NCBI GenBank assembly: GCA_963765495.1
Contig: CAVXWP010000001.1
Location: 1,120,001 to 1,184,000, forward strand
DNA from: Blastocatellia bacterium
GTDB lineage: Bacteria; Acidobacteriota; Blastocatellia; UBA7656
DNA length: 64,000 nt
Direction of reading: 5' to 3'
Shown one piece after another: positions 47,171-56,143 of this stretch. The notes beneath the pieces were generated by a model. The model did not search any database. It was not told where the DNA came from and worked only from the letters and a program-made list of their open reading frames with translations. The translations under genes were made by a program, and so were the position numbers. How positions within the stretch are numbered: the first letter of the stretch is position 1; each line of letters begins with the position of its first letter.

Positions 47171-49621
47171 ATGGATAGCTTACTGCAAGACCTTCGTTAT
47201 GGTTGTCGAATGCTCCTGAAGAAACCGGGCTTTACGGCTGCCGCGGTGCTGGCCCTCGCCCTGGGGATTGGCGCGAATACGGCGATCTTTAGCGTCATCA
47301 ACGCGTTATTACTCAGACCTCTGCCGTACCCGGATGCCGACAGGCTTGCGCTCGTCTGGGAAAAAGATCTAAAGACGGGCCGGCAGGTGTCAAACAATTA
47401 TGCTGACTATCTCGACTGGCAGCAGCAAACCCAATCATTCGAGGAACTGGCGGCGGCGGGCGATTCGGATTTTACCCTTTACGGCAATGACGCGGCCGAA
47501 CGCATCGACGGCGAGTGGGTAACGGCAAATTATTTTAACGCGCTCGGGATACTGCCCGTTGAGGGGCGCGCCTTTCTTCCCGATGAAAACGCTACGCCCG
47601 GCACGCATCCGGTGGTTATTTTAAGCCATGGTCTGTGGCAAAGCCGCTTCGGAGCGGACCGGAACCTTATCGGCAATACGGTAAATATAAACGGGATCAC
47701 TCTGACCGTGGTCGGAATAATGCCCGAAGGCTTTCGCGGGATAAGCGGCAAATCAGAGGTGTGGATTCCCTTTATGATGTTCGAAGCCGCAAACCCGATT
47801 CTCGCGCAGTACAAAATACTGAGCACACGTTCGACGGGCTGGCACATGGTCATAGGCCGCCTCAAACAGGGGATCACTCCCAGTCAGGCGCAGTCGGAGA
47901 TGGACGCAATCGCGGAGCGGCTCGGCGAACAATACCCAAAAACAAATGCCACCAGAGGCGCTATGGTAAGATCGGCCCGCGAAGAGCTTGTAGGCGATCT
48001 GCGACCCGCATTGCTCGTGCTGTTCGGGGCAGTCGGATTCGTGCTGTTGATAGCCTGCGCAAACGTGGCGAATCTCTTCCTCGTTCGCATGGCTGCGCGT
48101 GGGAAAGAGATGGCTATCCGTGTAGCTCTGGGCGCGAGGCGCGGGCGCTTGATACGCCAGTTGCTCACCGAAAGCCTGCTGATTTCGCTTGCAGGCGGCG
48201 CGCTCGGATTGTTACTCGCCTATTGGGGCGTGAAGTTTCTTGTAGTGTTGATTCCGGTAGAGATTCCGAGCTTTTTCTCCGTGACGATTGACGGTGGGGT
48301 TCTCGCCTTCACCTTCGCGATCTCGATTTTTACGGGCGTGATTTTTGGGCTTGCGCCCGCGACCGGAGCGGTAAAGCCCGACCTGAACGAGTCGCTGAAA
48401 GAGGGAAGTCGGACCGTGGGCGCAAGCGCGCGAGTCCGCAATCTTCGCAGTCTGCTTGCGGTCGCCGAAATTGCGCTTGCGCTCGTCCTTCTCGTAGGCG
48501 CGGGGCTTATGCTAAGAAGCTTTCAGCGTATCCGCCAGTTCGATCCGGGGTTTAATCCCGAAAATCTCCTTACAATGCGGTTCGACGTACCCAGTACGAA
48601 GTACTCCGAGTCGGAGCAGGCAGCGATCCGTCATCGCGTCCTTGAACGCGTGGCGAGTTTGCCGGGCGTGGAATCGGCGGCCATCTCTTCACACATATTT
48701 TTTGGAGGCGGATACCTGACGGGCAAGAATTCTGTCGAGTCAAGCGACGTGCCAACGCCCGATGAAGGTATATCAACTTTTCAGCAGTATCTGAGTCCAA
48801 ACTTTTTCCAGACCCTCGGTATCCCTCTTTTGAAGGGGCGCGATTTCACCGACCAGGACAACGCCGAATCTCCAAAGGTAGCCATCATCGGACAGACCTT
48901 TGCCGAGCGTTACTGGCCGGGTGAAGACCCCATAGGCAAACGCATAAAGCCGGGCCGACCCGATTCAAATAATGGCTGGATCGAGATCATAGGCGTTGTG
49001 AGCGATGTAAAACCGCGAACGCGCACGACCGACGCGAATAACTTCCCGCAGGTATATATGCCGCTGGCGCAATGGCCCGGCTGGCGTCCTGCTCTTATGG
49101 TTCGCACACGGACTGCTCCTGAAAAACTTGTTGGGAGTCTGCGCGCGGCTGTTCAGGAAATCAGCCCCGATATACCGGTCTACGAAATCGCCGCGATGCA
49201 CAAACTGCTCGCTGACAACTCGGCAGATACCCGGTTTATCGCGTTGCTGATGGGGCTGTTTGCGGGGCTTGCCGTGATAATGGCGGCGGTTGGAATCTAC
49301 AGCGTAATAGCCTATTCCGTCAGCCAGCGCACACGCGAAATAGGCATACGCATGGCGCTCGGCGCTCAAAGAATGGATGTGCTCCGGCTGGTAGTAGGGC
49401 AGGGAATAATACTGGCCCTTGCCGGGGTGGGGATCGGTCTCGGCGCGGCTCTCGCTTTGACGCGCGTCGTAGCGAGTCTGCTTTACGAAGTGAGCGCAAC
49501 CGATCCCACTATTTTTGCGGTCGTATCGCTTGGGCTAACGGCAGTGGCCTTTCTTGCCAGCTATATCCCCGCTCGAAGGGCCGCGAGGGTAGACCCGATG
49601 GTTGCGCTTCGCTACGAGTAG
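47171..49621 (+). CDS. ADOP-type duplicated MacB-like ABC permease
   Basis: LQDLRYG.R..PGF..LALGIGANTAIFS, LIACANVANL, QRTREIGIRMALGA, DPMVALRYE; ATG at 47171 with GGAGG. Confidence 0.94.
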   Translation: MDSLLQDLRYGCRMLLKKPGFTAAAVLALALGIGANTAIFSVINALLLRPLPYPDADRLALVWEKDLKTGRQVSNNYADYLDWQQQTQSFEELAAAGDSDFTLYGNDAAERIDGEWVTANYFNALGILPVEGRAFLPDENATPGTHPVVILSHGLWQSRFGADRNLIGNTVNINGITLTVVGIMPEGFRGISGKSEVWIPFMMFEAANPILAQYKILSTRSTGWHMVIGRLKQGITPSQAQSEMDAIAERLGEQYPKTNATRGAMVRSAREELVGDLRPALLVLFGAVGFVLLIACANVANLFLVRMAARGKEMAIRVALGARRGRLIRQLLTESLLISLAGGALGLLLAYWGVKFLVVLIPVEIPSFFSVTIDGGVLAFTFAISIFTGVIFGLAPATGAVKPDLNESLKEGSRTVGASARVRNLRSLLAVAEIALALVLLVGAGLMLRSFQRIRQFDPGFNPENLLTMRFDVPSTKYSESEQAAIRHRVLERVASLPGVESAAISSHIFFGGGYLTGKNSVESSDVPTPDEGISTFQQYLSPNFFQTLGIPLLKGRDFTDQDNAESPKVAIIGQTFAERYWPGEDPIGKRIKPGRPDSNNGWIEIIGVVSDVKPRTRTTDANNFPQVYMPLAQWPGWRPALMVRTRTAPEKLVGSLRAAVQEISPDIPVYEIAAMHKLLADNSADTRFIALLMGLFAGLAVIMAAVGIYSVIAYSVSQRTREIGIRMALGAQRMDVLRLVVGQGIILALAGVGIGLGAALALTRVVASLLYEVSATDPTIFAVVSLGLTAVAFLASYIPARRAARVDPMVALRYE

Positions 49622-49622
49622 C

Positions 49623-49710
49623 GAGTTTTGAGTTTTGAGTAGGTGGTTCCCGGCTCCGGCGCTTTACTGACAACTGTGAACTCAAAACTCAAAACTCAAA
49701 ACTCAAAACT
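49623..49710. repeat. Heptamer-armed hairpin, GAGTTTT/AAAACTC family
   Basis: GAGTTTT-GAGTTTT-GAGT left arm; (ACTCAAA)4 right arm; between the two permease genes. Confidence 0.88.
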
Positions 49711-49730
49711 GATTGAAGGAGTGGTCACAG

Positions 49731-52163
49731 ATGGAAGCACTACTGAAAGACATTCGATATGGTTTTCGCATGTTGATGAAGCAGCCCGGATTCACGCTGA
49801 CCGCAATCATAGCCCTTGCTCTGGGCATAGGCGCAAACACGGCGATCTTCAGCGTGGTCAATGCCGTGTTGCTTCGCACTTTGCCGTACAAAGCTCCCGA
49901 CCAGCTGGTGATGGTCTGGCATACCTATCGAGACATAAATTTGCCGAAGGCTGCCGTTTCGGCCCCGTCTTTTGTCGAATACAGAGATCAAAATCATGTG
50001 TTTGAAACCCTCACGGCCATGACCGGCTGGAGCGTAAACCTCACGGGAAGAGGAGAGCCCGAGCGTGTTCGGGGAGGGGTTGTTTCGGCAAGCTATTTTT
50101 CCACTTTCGGAGTCGAACCGGCGCTTGGGCACGCTTTCAGACCCGAAGAGGATCAGCCGGGCAATAACCGCGTCGTGGTCTTGAGCAACGGATACTGGAA
50201 GCGGCGTTTTGCCGCCGATCCCGACATAATCGGACAGACACTCACGCTCGACGGCAACAGCTACACGGTCATAGGCGTGATGCCCGCGAGTTTTGAGGCG
50301 TTGCGGGAAACCGATCTCTGGTCGCCCATAGCTTTCACGCCCGAGCAATTGTCGCCGGATAATCGCAGAGAATACCTGGGCGTGCTTGCGCGATTGAAAC
50401 CCGGCGTCACGCTCCCGCAAGCTCAGGCAGAGATGAACACAATAGCCGACCGTTTGCGCGATCAATTCTACGGTCCCGGCTGGAGCATTACGCTCACATC
50501 TTTACACGAAGAGATGGTCGGAGACATACGGCCTTCGCTTCTCATACTGCTTGGCGCTGTAGGGTTCGTGTTGTTGATAGCCTGTGCCAACGTGGCCAAT
50601 TTGCTGTTGACGCGGGCGGCGGCGCGGCAAAAAGAGATCGCCCTGCGCACCGCGCTCGGGGCTACTCGAATGCGGGTGATGCGGCAGTTGCTGACCGAAA
50701 GCGTACTGCTTGCGACGGTCGGGGGCGTTACGGGTCTCGTGCTGGCATTCATCGGAGTCAAGCTTCTGGTGGCGGGTGTTCCTACCGATCTCGCCAACTC
50801 CATCCCCGGCTGGAAAGCGATAGGGCTTGACGGGCGGGTGCTGATTTTCACATTTGGTATCGCGGTGCTTACAGGGATTTTCTTTGGTCTGATTCCTGCT
50901 ATTCAGGCCTCGAAACCTGATCTGAACGAAACGCTCAAGGAAGGCGGCAGAAACCCGTCCGCCGGATTTCACTGGTACAGCCTCCGCAGCCTGCTTGTGA
51001 TATTCGAAGTAGCAATCGCGCTTGTTCTTTTGATAGGAGCGGGATTGCTGATCAGAAGTTTCATGCGACTTCAAGAGGTCAACCCCGGTTTCAGCCCGCA
51101 AAACGCCGTGGACATGCAGCTATCGCTTCCGCCAACGAAGTACAAAGAGCCTGAAAAACGGGCGCAATTCTTTCAGCAATTGATGGAGAAAGTAAAGACG
51201 CTGCCCGGCATAGAGGCCGTGGGCGCAGTATCGAACCTGCCGATGAGCGGGAACAATTCCACCGCCTCTTTCACTGTCGAAGGGCTCACACGCGCCGAAG
51301 GCGAGCCGAGCCCTCACGGCGCGCCGCGAATGATAACTCCGAGTTACTTCCGGGCTATGGGTATACCTCTAATCAAGGGCCGGGAATTCACCGATCAGGA
51401 TAACGACAAGTCTACGATGGTTGCCATCGTGGATGAAGATACGGCCAATCAATTCTGGCCCGGCCAGGACCCGATTGGAAAGCGTGTGGCCTTCTATTTC
51501 GAGGGCACTGACACAGAGCTTTTCTGGCGCGAAATAGTCGGCGTAGTCGGCAATGTAAAGCATTACGGGCTGGACGGGCAGGCAAAGATGCACATTTACA
51601 TGCCGAACCTTCAACGCCCGCAAGCTAATATGGACCTCGTGGCGCGGACGACCACCGATCCGGCGAGCATGGTGTCGGCAATCAGAAATCAGATACTCGC
51701 GGTGGACAGCGATCAGCCCGTTTTTGGGGTAAAAACACTTGAACAGGTGGTTTCCGACTCCGTAGCGCCCCGGCGGCTGTCGATGATACTGCTTGCCATC
51801 TTTGCGGCTGTGGCAATAATCTTAGCCGGCGTAGGAATATACGGCGTTATGTCATACGCGGTCACGCAACGAACGCACGAGATCGGCATAAGAATGGCTC
51901 TGGGGGCTCAAAGGCGCGATGTGATGCGGCTTGTCGTAGGGCACGGGCTGGGGCTGGCCCTGGCCGGCGTGGCACTCGGCCTTGCAGGAGGGTTTGCCAT
52001 TACCCGCGTCATGTCGAGCCTGCTGTTCGGCGTAGGAGCAACCGACCCTCTGACCTTTGCACTGATACCTCCGGCCCTCATAGTCGTGGCGCTTGTGGCC
52101 TGTTACATCCCGGCGCGTAAGGCTATGAAAGTAGACCCGATGATCGCGCTCAGATACGAATAG
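49731..52163 (+). CDS. ADOP-type duplicated MacB-like ABC permease
   Basis: Same signature motifs as the upstream paralogue; AGGAG RBS. Confidence 0.94.
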   Translation: MEALLKDIRYGFRMLMKQPGFTLTAIIALALGIGANTAIFSVVNAVLLRTLPYKAPDQLVMVWHTYRDINLPKAAVSAPSFVEYRDQNHVFETLTAMTGWSVNLTGRGEPERVRGGVVSASYFSTFGVEPALGHAFRPEEDQPGNNRVVVLSNGYWKRRFAADPDIIGQTLTLDGNSYTVIGVMPASFEALRETDLWSPIAFTPEQLSPDNRREYLGVLARLKPGVTLPQAQAEMNTIADRLRDQFYGPGWSITLTSLHEEMVGDIRPSLLILLGAVGFVLLIACANVANLLLTRAAARQKEIALRTALGATRMRVMRQLLTESVLLATVGGVTGLVLAFIGVKLLVAGVPTDLANSIPGWKAIGLDGRVLIFTFGIAVLTGIFFGLIPAIQASKPDLNETLKEGGRNPSAGFHWYSLRSLLVIFEVAIALVLLIGAGLLIRSFMRLQEVNPGFSPQNAVDMQLSLPPTKYKEPEKRAQFFQQLMEKVKTLPGIEAVGAVSNLPMSGNNSTASFTVEGLTRAEGEPSPHGAPRMITPSYFRAMGIPLIKGREFTDQDNDKSTMVAIVDEDTANQFWPGQDPIGKRVAFYFEGTDTELFWREIVGVVGNVKHYGLDGQAKMHIYMPNLQRPQANMDLVARTTTDPASMVSAIRNQILAVDSDQPVFGVKTLEQVVSDSVAPRRLSMILLAIFAAVAIILAGVGIYGVMSYAVTQRTHEIGIRMALGAQRRDVMRLVVGHGLGLALAGVALGLAGGFAITRVMSSLLFGVGATDPLTFALIPPALIVVALVACYIPARKAMKVDPMIALRYE

Positions 52164-52190
52164 TGAAGCGTTCACGTGAACGCTTCACTA
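52161..52190. repeat. Perfect 30-bp palindrome (REP-like)
   Basis: TAGTGAAGCGTTCAC|GTGAACGCTTCACTA; begins at the permease stop codon. Confidence 0.9.
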
Positions 52191-52235
52191 CACAAATCGA
52201 TGGAACTTCGAGGCCGAAAGTTGCGTTAGGGTTGA

Positions 52236-52343
52236 CGAAGTTATTTTGAAAGAGAAAGGCAATTGCATCTCTCTTTCACCTGTGAATTCGGTTAGACCCT
52301 CCTCATAAGGGTGCGTCAATAAACAGCGCACCCTTATTTTGTT
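52236..52343 (+). ncRNA. Candidate small RNA (hairpin, anti-SD CCCTCCT, terminator)
   Basis: ECF-like promoter TGGAAC-N17-CGTTAG at 52201; hairpin 52247-52278; CCCTCCT at 52297-52303; terminator stem 52305-52337. Confidence 0.4.
52305..52343 (+). terminator. Intrinsic terminator
   Basis: 11-bp stem ATAAGGGTGCG/CGCACCCTTAT followed by TTTGTT. Confidence 0.65.
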
Positions 52344-52392
52344 CTTCATAATGCTGCTCGCCACTCGCCACCTGTAATTATATAATCGTCCT

Positions 52393-53328
52393 ATGACTAC
52401 AGCCTTGATTTACGATACCGCTTTTCTTAATCACGAGACGGGCCATCATCCTGAAAACGCGGGCAGATTGAAAGCGATAGTTTCGGCGCTCGAAGCCGAC
52501 GAAGAATTGATGTCGCGGGTGAACAGGGTTTCGCCACTTGCCGCAACCGTCGAAGACATCGAGCGGTGTCACAGTGCGCGGCTCGTCGAGCACATAGAGA
52601 GTCTTTGCGAAAGAGGCGTGCCTTATATCGATCTCGATACCGTCATCTGCCCGAACTCTTTCGAGGTTGCGCGGCTCGCGGCGGGCGCAGCCGTAACGGC
52701 GGTTGATCTGGTATTTGAGGGGCGGGCTGATAATGCCTTCGCATACGTGCGACCGCCCGGACATCACGCCACATCGAATCGGGCTATGGGCTTTTGCCTC
52801 TTTAACAATGCCGCGATAGGTGCCAGGTACGCGCAGGCAAAGTACGGGGCCGAGCGCGTGCTGATAATAGACTGGGACGTTCATCACGGCAACGGCACCC
52901 AGGATATTTTTTATGATGACCCGAGCGTCTTTTACTTCTCATCGCACCAATTTCCTTACTATCCCGGAACAGGAGCGGCGAACGAAAGAGGCGCAGGCAC
53001 GGGCGAAGGCTACACATTGAATATGCCGCTTCCTGCCCGAACCTCGGCCCGCTCGCATCGGGAAGGATTTGCCGACGCGCTCAGGATGATCGAAGCGAAG
53101 TTCCCACCCGATCTTATCATTATCTCGGCGGGGTTCGATTCTCGGCTCGGAGACCCGCTTGGCGATCTTATGCTCGAAGACGATGACTTTCGCGAAATGA
53201 CAAAGCAAGTGATGGATATGGCCGAACGTCACGCAACGGGCCGAATAGTGTCGGTTCTCGAAGGCGGCTACAACCTGCAAACCATAGGCGAAACCGTCAG
53301 AACGCACGTCACCGCCCTCTCGATATAG
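52393..53328 (+). CDS. Histone deacetylase family protein (Zn-dependent amidohydrolase)
   Basis: HPENAGRL, RPPGHHA, GFCLFNN, DWDVHHGNGTQ, SAGFD, LEGGY. Confidence 0.96.
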   Translation: MTTALIYDTAFLNHETGHHPENAGRLKAIVSALEADEELMSRVNRVSPLAATVEDIERCHSARLVEHIESLCERGVPYIDLDTVICPNSFEVARLAAGAAVTAVDLVFEGRADNAFAYVRPPGHHATSNRAMGFCLFNNAAIGARYAQAKYGAERVLIIDWDVHHGNGTQDIFYDDPSVFYFSSHQFPYYPGTGAANERGAGTGEGYTLNMPLPARTSARSHREGFADALRMIEAKFPPDLIIISAGFDSRLGDPLGDLMLEDDDFREMTKQVMDMAERHATGRIVSVLEGGYNLQTIGETVRTHVTALSI

Positions 53329-53332
53329 GTTT

Positions 53333-53409
53333 TAGACAGGATTTACAGGATTAGATTGGATTTGACAAGATTCCTGCTCAATCTTTTTTAACCCTGTAAA
53401 TCTTGTCTA
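53333..53409. repeat. Hairpin built from 9-nt ACAGGATT-type units
   Basis: TAGACAGGATTTACAGGATTA (53333-53353) pairs with TAACCCTGTAAATCTTGTCTA (53389-53409); between convergent genes. Confidence 0.85.
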
Positions 53410-54335
53410 TACCACTCGACCGTGCGCTTTAAACCTTCGTCAAAATCCACCTTTATCTGATAATCGAAGGCCGCCTCGGCCGCCTCAATAGCGGCCTGCG
53501 AATCGCGCACATCACCTGCGCGCGCGGGTTCGTGTACGGGCTCGATGTCTGACCCGAGTATCTCTTTGATCTTGCCGAGCAGATCGAGCAGCGTATAGCG
53601 CCCGCCGCAGGCGACGTTGAATGCCCGCCCGCCCGCGGCTTCGGACCGGGCGGCGAGGAGATTGGCTTCGACTACGTTTTCGACGTAAGTGAAATCGCGC
53701 GACTGAAGACCGTCTCCGAAAATTATCGGGCGGTTGCCTGTGAGCAGGGCGGTCACGAATTTTGGTATCACCGCCGCGTACTGAGATTCGGGGTCCTGGC
53801 GCGGGCCGAATATGTTGAAGTACCGCAGAGCTACGGCTTCGAATCCGTAAACCTTTTTGAAGATGCTGATGTAATGCTCGCCCGCGAGCTTCGAAAGTGC
53901 ATACGGAGAGAGAGGTTGCGGCGTCATCGCCTCGCGTTTTGGCAGCTCTTCCGTCTCGCCGTATACGGACGAACTCGATGCATAGACCACGCGGCGCACC
54001 CCGGCATCTCGCGCCGCAAGAAGCACGTTGAGCGTGCCTGTTATGTTCACTTCGTGCGTTGTTACGGGGTCGGCCACCGAGCGGGGAACCGAGCCCAGCG
54101 CGGCCTCGTGAAAGACTACATCGGCGCCCGCGACCGCTTCGTCAACGGTCTTGCGGTCGCGGATGTCTCCGCGAATCACTTCAATATCACCGCCGAGCGC
54201 GTTTAGATTCTCTTCCTTGCCGGAGATGAAATTATCGAGCACACGCACGCTCTGGCCGTCGTTCAAGAGTCGCTCGCAGATATGACTGCCTATAAAGCCC
54301 GCCCCGCCTGTCACCAGATAAAGTTGTTTTCCCAT
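53388..54335 (-). CDS. NAD-dependent nucleotide-sugar epimerase (extended SDR, UDP-GlcNAc/Glc 4-epimerase-like)
   Basis: TGGAGFIGS, SVPRS, ASSSSVYG, PYALSK, RYFNIFGPRQDP, RDFTYV. Confidence 0.94.
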   Translation of the reverse strand: MGKQLYLVTGGAGFIGSHICERLLNDGQSVRVLDNFISGKEENLNALGGDIEVIRGDIRDRKTVDEAVAGADVVFHEAALGSVPRSVADPVTTHEVNITGTLNVLLAARDAGVRRVVYASSSSVYGETEELPKREAMTPQPLSPYALSKLAGEHYISIFKKVYGFEAVALRYFNIFGPRQDPESQYAAVIPKFVTALLTGNRPIIFGDGLQSRDFTYVENVVEANLLAARSEAAGGRAFNVACGGRYTLLDLLGKIKEILGSDIEPVHEPARAGDVRDSQAAIEAAEAAFDYQIKVDFDEGLKRTVEWYRQDLQG

Positions 54336-54342
54336 TGTTCCC

Positions 54343-56073
54343 CTATTTCTGTATTAAGAAATTTCCGATAGCCAGACAATCGATGCCTGAGCAGTAAAGG
54401 CCGCGCACCGCTTCGCGAGGAGTGGCGACGACCGGCTCTCCGAAGAGATTGAATGATGTATTCAGCAATACGGGCACGCCTGACGCTTCGCCGAATTTCA
54501 TGAGCAGTTTCCAGAAGGCCCGATTGGTCTTGCGATCTACGCTGTGGACGCGCACGAGGCCGTCTCCGAATACGGCGGCCGGAATCAATGCCTCTTTATC
54601 CGGCTTGATGCGGCTTACGCCCTGAAGGAAATCGGTCAGCGTACTGGGCGTGAAAAATTCTTCGGCTCGTTCTGAGGGTACAGCGGCTGAAAAGGGGCGA
54701 AAGCCCTCTCTGTGCTTGATGAAAGTGTTCAGGTTGTCGCGCATCAGTTCGTCCACGGGCGAGGCAAGAATAGAGCGCGCGCCGAGCGTGCGCGGGCCAA
54801 ATTCCATAGCGCCCTGAAACCAGCCTGCGATCTTTCCCTGCGCAAGAGCGCGCGCCACATCGGCTATGATCTTGTCTTCCGTCAGAAAGTATTCATAGCT
54901 GATCTTGCAATTATCGAGAACGCTTTTGATCTCTTCCTCATTGAACTGCGGGCCTAAAAAAGCGTGGTCCATTTTATAGACACGCTCCGGGTTTCCAAGT
55001 ATTTGATGCCAGACGTAGAGCGCCGCGCCTATAGAGCAGCCTGCGTTGCCCGCCGCCGGTTGCACAAAGATTTGCCTGAACCCTGCGCGACGTTCGATGG
55101 CCGAATTGGCCAGGCTGTTGAGCGCAAGCCCTCCGGCAAGACAGAGATTTTCTTCGCCCGTGCGTTTGCGGTGGCAGATTGAAATCTCGCATAAAACATC
55201 CTCGATGCGCGATTGCAAACTGCAAGCGAGATTGCGGTGTTTTTGCGTCAGGGGTTCATCTTTTGCTCGCGCCTTCAAACCTGCGGTCTCAAGAAATTTT
55301 TCGGAAAGCGACGGCGCGCCTCTGGTGGTTATGTCGAAGTAATCGAGATTAACCTGCGGCAGCCCGGCGGCGTTCACCTGTAACAGGTCGCTGAATAAAT
55401 CGGCAAATTCCGCCTTACCCGTGGGCGAAAGCCACATGGTTTTATGCCAGTCGCCGTATGCGTCGAAACCGAGCCAGGCCGTGACCGCGCTATAGACCAT
55501 GCCAGGCGAATTTGGAAATATCGCCTCCCTGTCGAGGGTCAACCGATTGCCTTCGCCCCGCATCAGGGCCGTTGAACTCATATCGCCGCGATTATCAGCG
55601 GCAATGACGGCCGCTCGCTCAAAACCCGAAGCGTAAAAGGTGCTCGCTCCATGAGCCAGATGATGGTTGACCGTCAGAAATTGCCCTCCGGCAGACAAAC
55701 GCGATTCGGCGAGGCTTCTGGTTCTGAGCCGTTGTTTCAATTCGTTGAGGCTTTCGACAAAATAGCTGGGAAACTCTTCGAGAGGCGGAAGATCAGTCGT
55801 GTTGACGGCGTGCTGTGAGTGAAAGGCTATCTCGCGGTGAAAGAGCTTGTGCGGTTCCAGATAATAGGCTACGTAATCGACCTTATCGAAGGTAATCCCC
55901 GCCCGATCGAGGCAAAACTCAATGGCGCGAAAAGGCAATCCCCCGGCATAGTTCATTCCTATATGGCGAATACGCGAGAGTTTTTCTTCTTCGATAGCGG
56001 CTCGGACCCGCCCATCCACGACGATTGCAGCAGCCGCGTTTCTCTCCTGTCCGGAGATGCCAAGAATATTCAT
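54343..56073 (-). CDS. CmcH/NodU family O-carbamoyltransferase, divergent
   Basis: HHLAH, AGGLALN, EFGPR.LG.RSILA, FRPF, LLNTSFN..GEP; several conserved residues substituted. Confidence 0.88.
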   Translation of the reverse strand: MNILGISGQERNAAAAIVVDGRVRAAIEEEKLSRIRHIGMNYAGGLPFRAIEFCLDRAGITFDKVDYVAYYLEPHKLFHREIAFHSQHAVNTTDLPPLEEFPSYFVESLNELKQRLRTRSLAESRLSAGGQFLTVNHHLAHGASTFYASGFERAAVIAADNRGDMSSTALMRGEGNRLTLDREAIFPNSPGMVYSAVTAWLGFDAYGDWHKTMWLSPTGKAEFADLFSDLLQVNAAGLPQVNLDYFDITTRGAPSLSEKFLETAGLKARAKDEPLTQKHRNLACSLQSRIEDVLCEISICHRKRTGEENLCLAGGLALNSLANSAIERRAGFRQIFVQPAAGNAGCSIGAALYVWHQILGNPERVYKMDHAFLGPQFNEEEIKSVLDNCKISYEYFLTEDKIIADVARALAQGKIAGWFQGAMEFGPRTLGARSILASPVDELMRDNLNTFIKHREGFRPFSAAVPSERAEEFFTPSTLTDFLQGVSRIKPDKEALIPAAVFGDGLVRVHSVDRKTNRAFWKLLMKFGEASGVPVLLNTSFNLFGEPVVATPREAVRGLYCSGIDCLAIGNFLIQK

Positions 56074-56143
56074 GTGAGAATCCGTTCCCTGTCCGTTCCG
56101 AATAAAGCCGAACGCATATCAATAACATTCGGGAGCGGTGTTT

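Noticed and set aside
52393-53328. Calling the HDAC an acetylpolyamine amidohydrolase because of nearby pot genes
   Set aside because: It is in a different transcription unit, and substrate cannot be determined from motifs alone.
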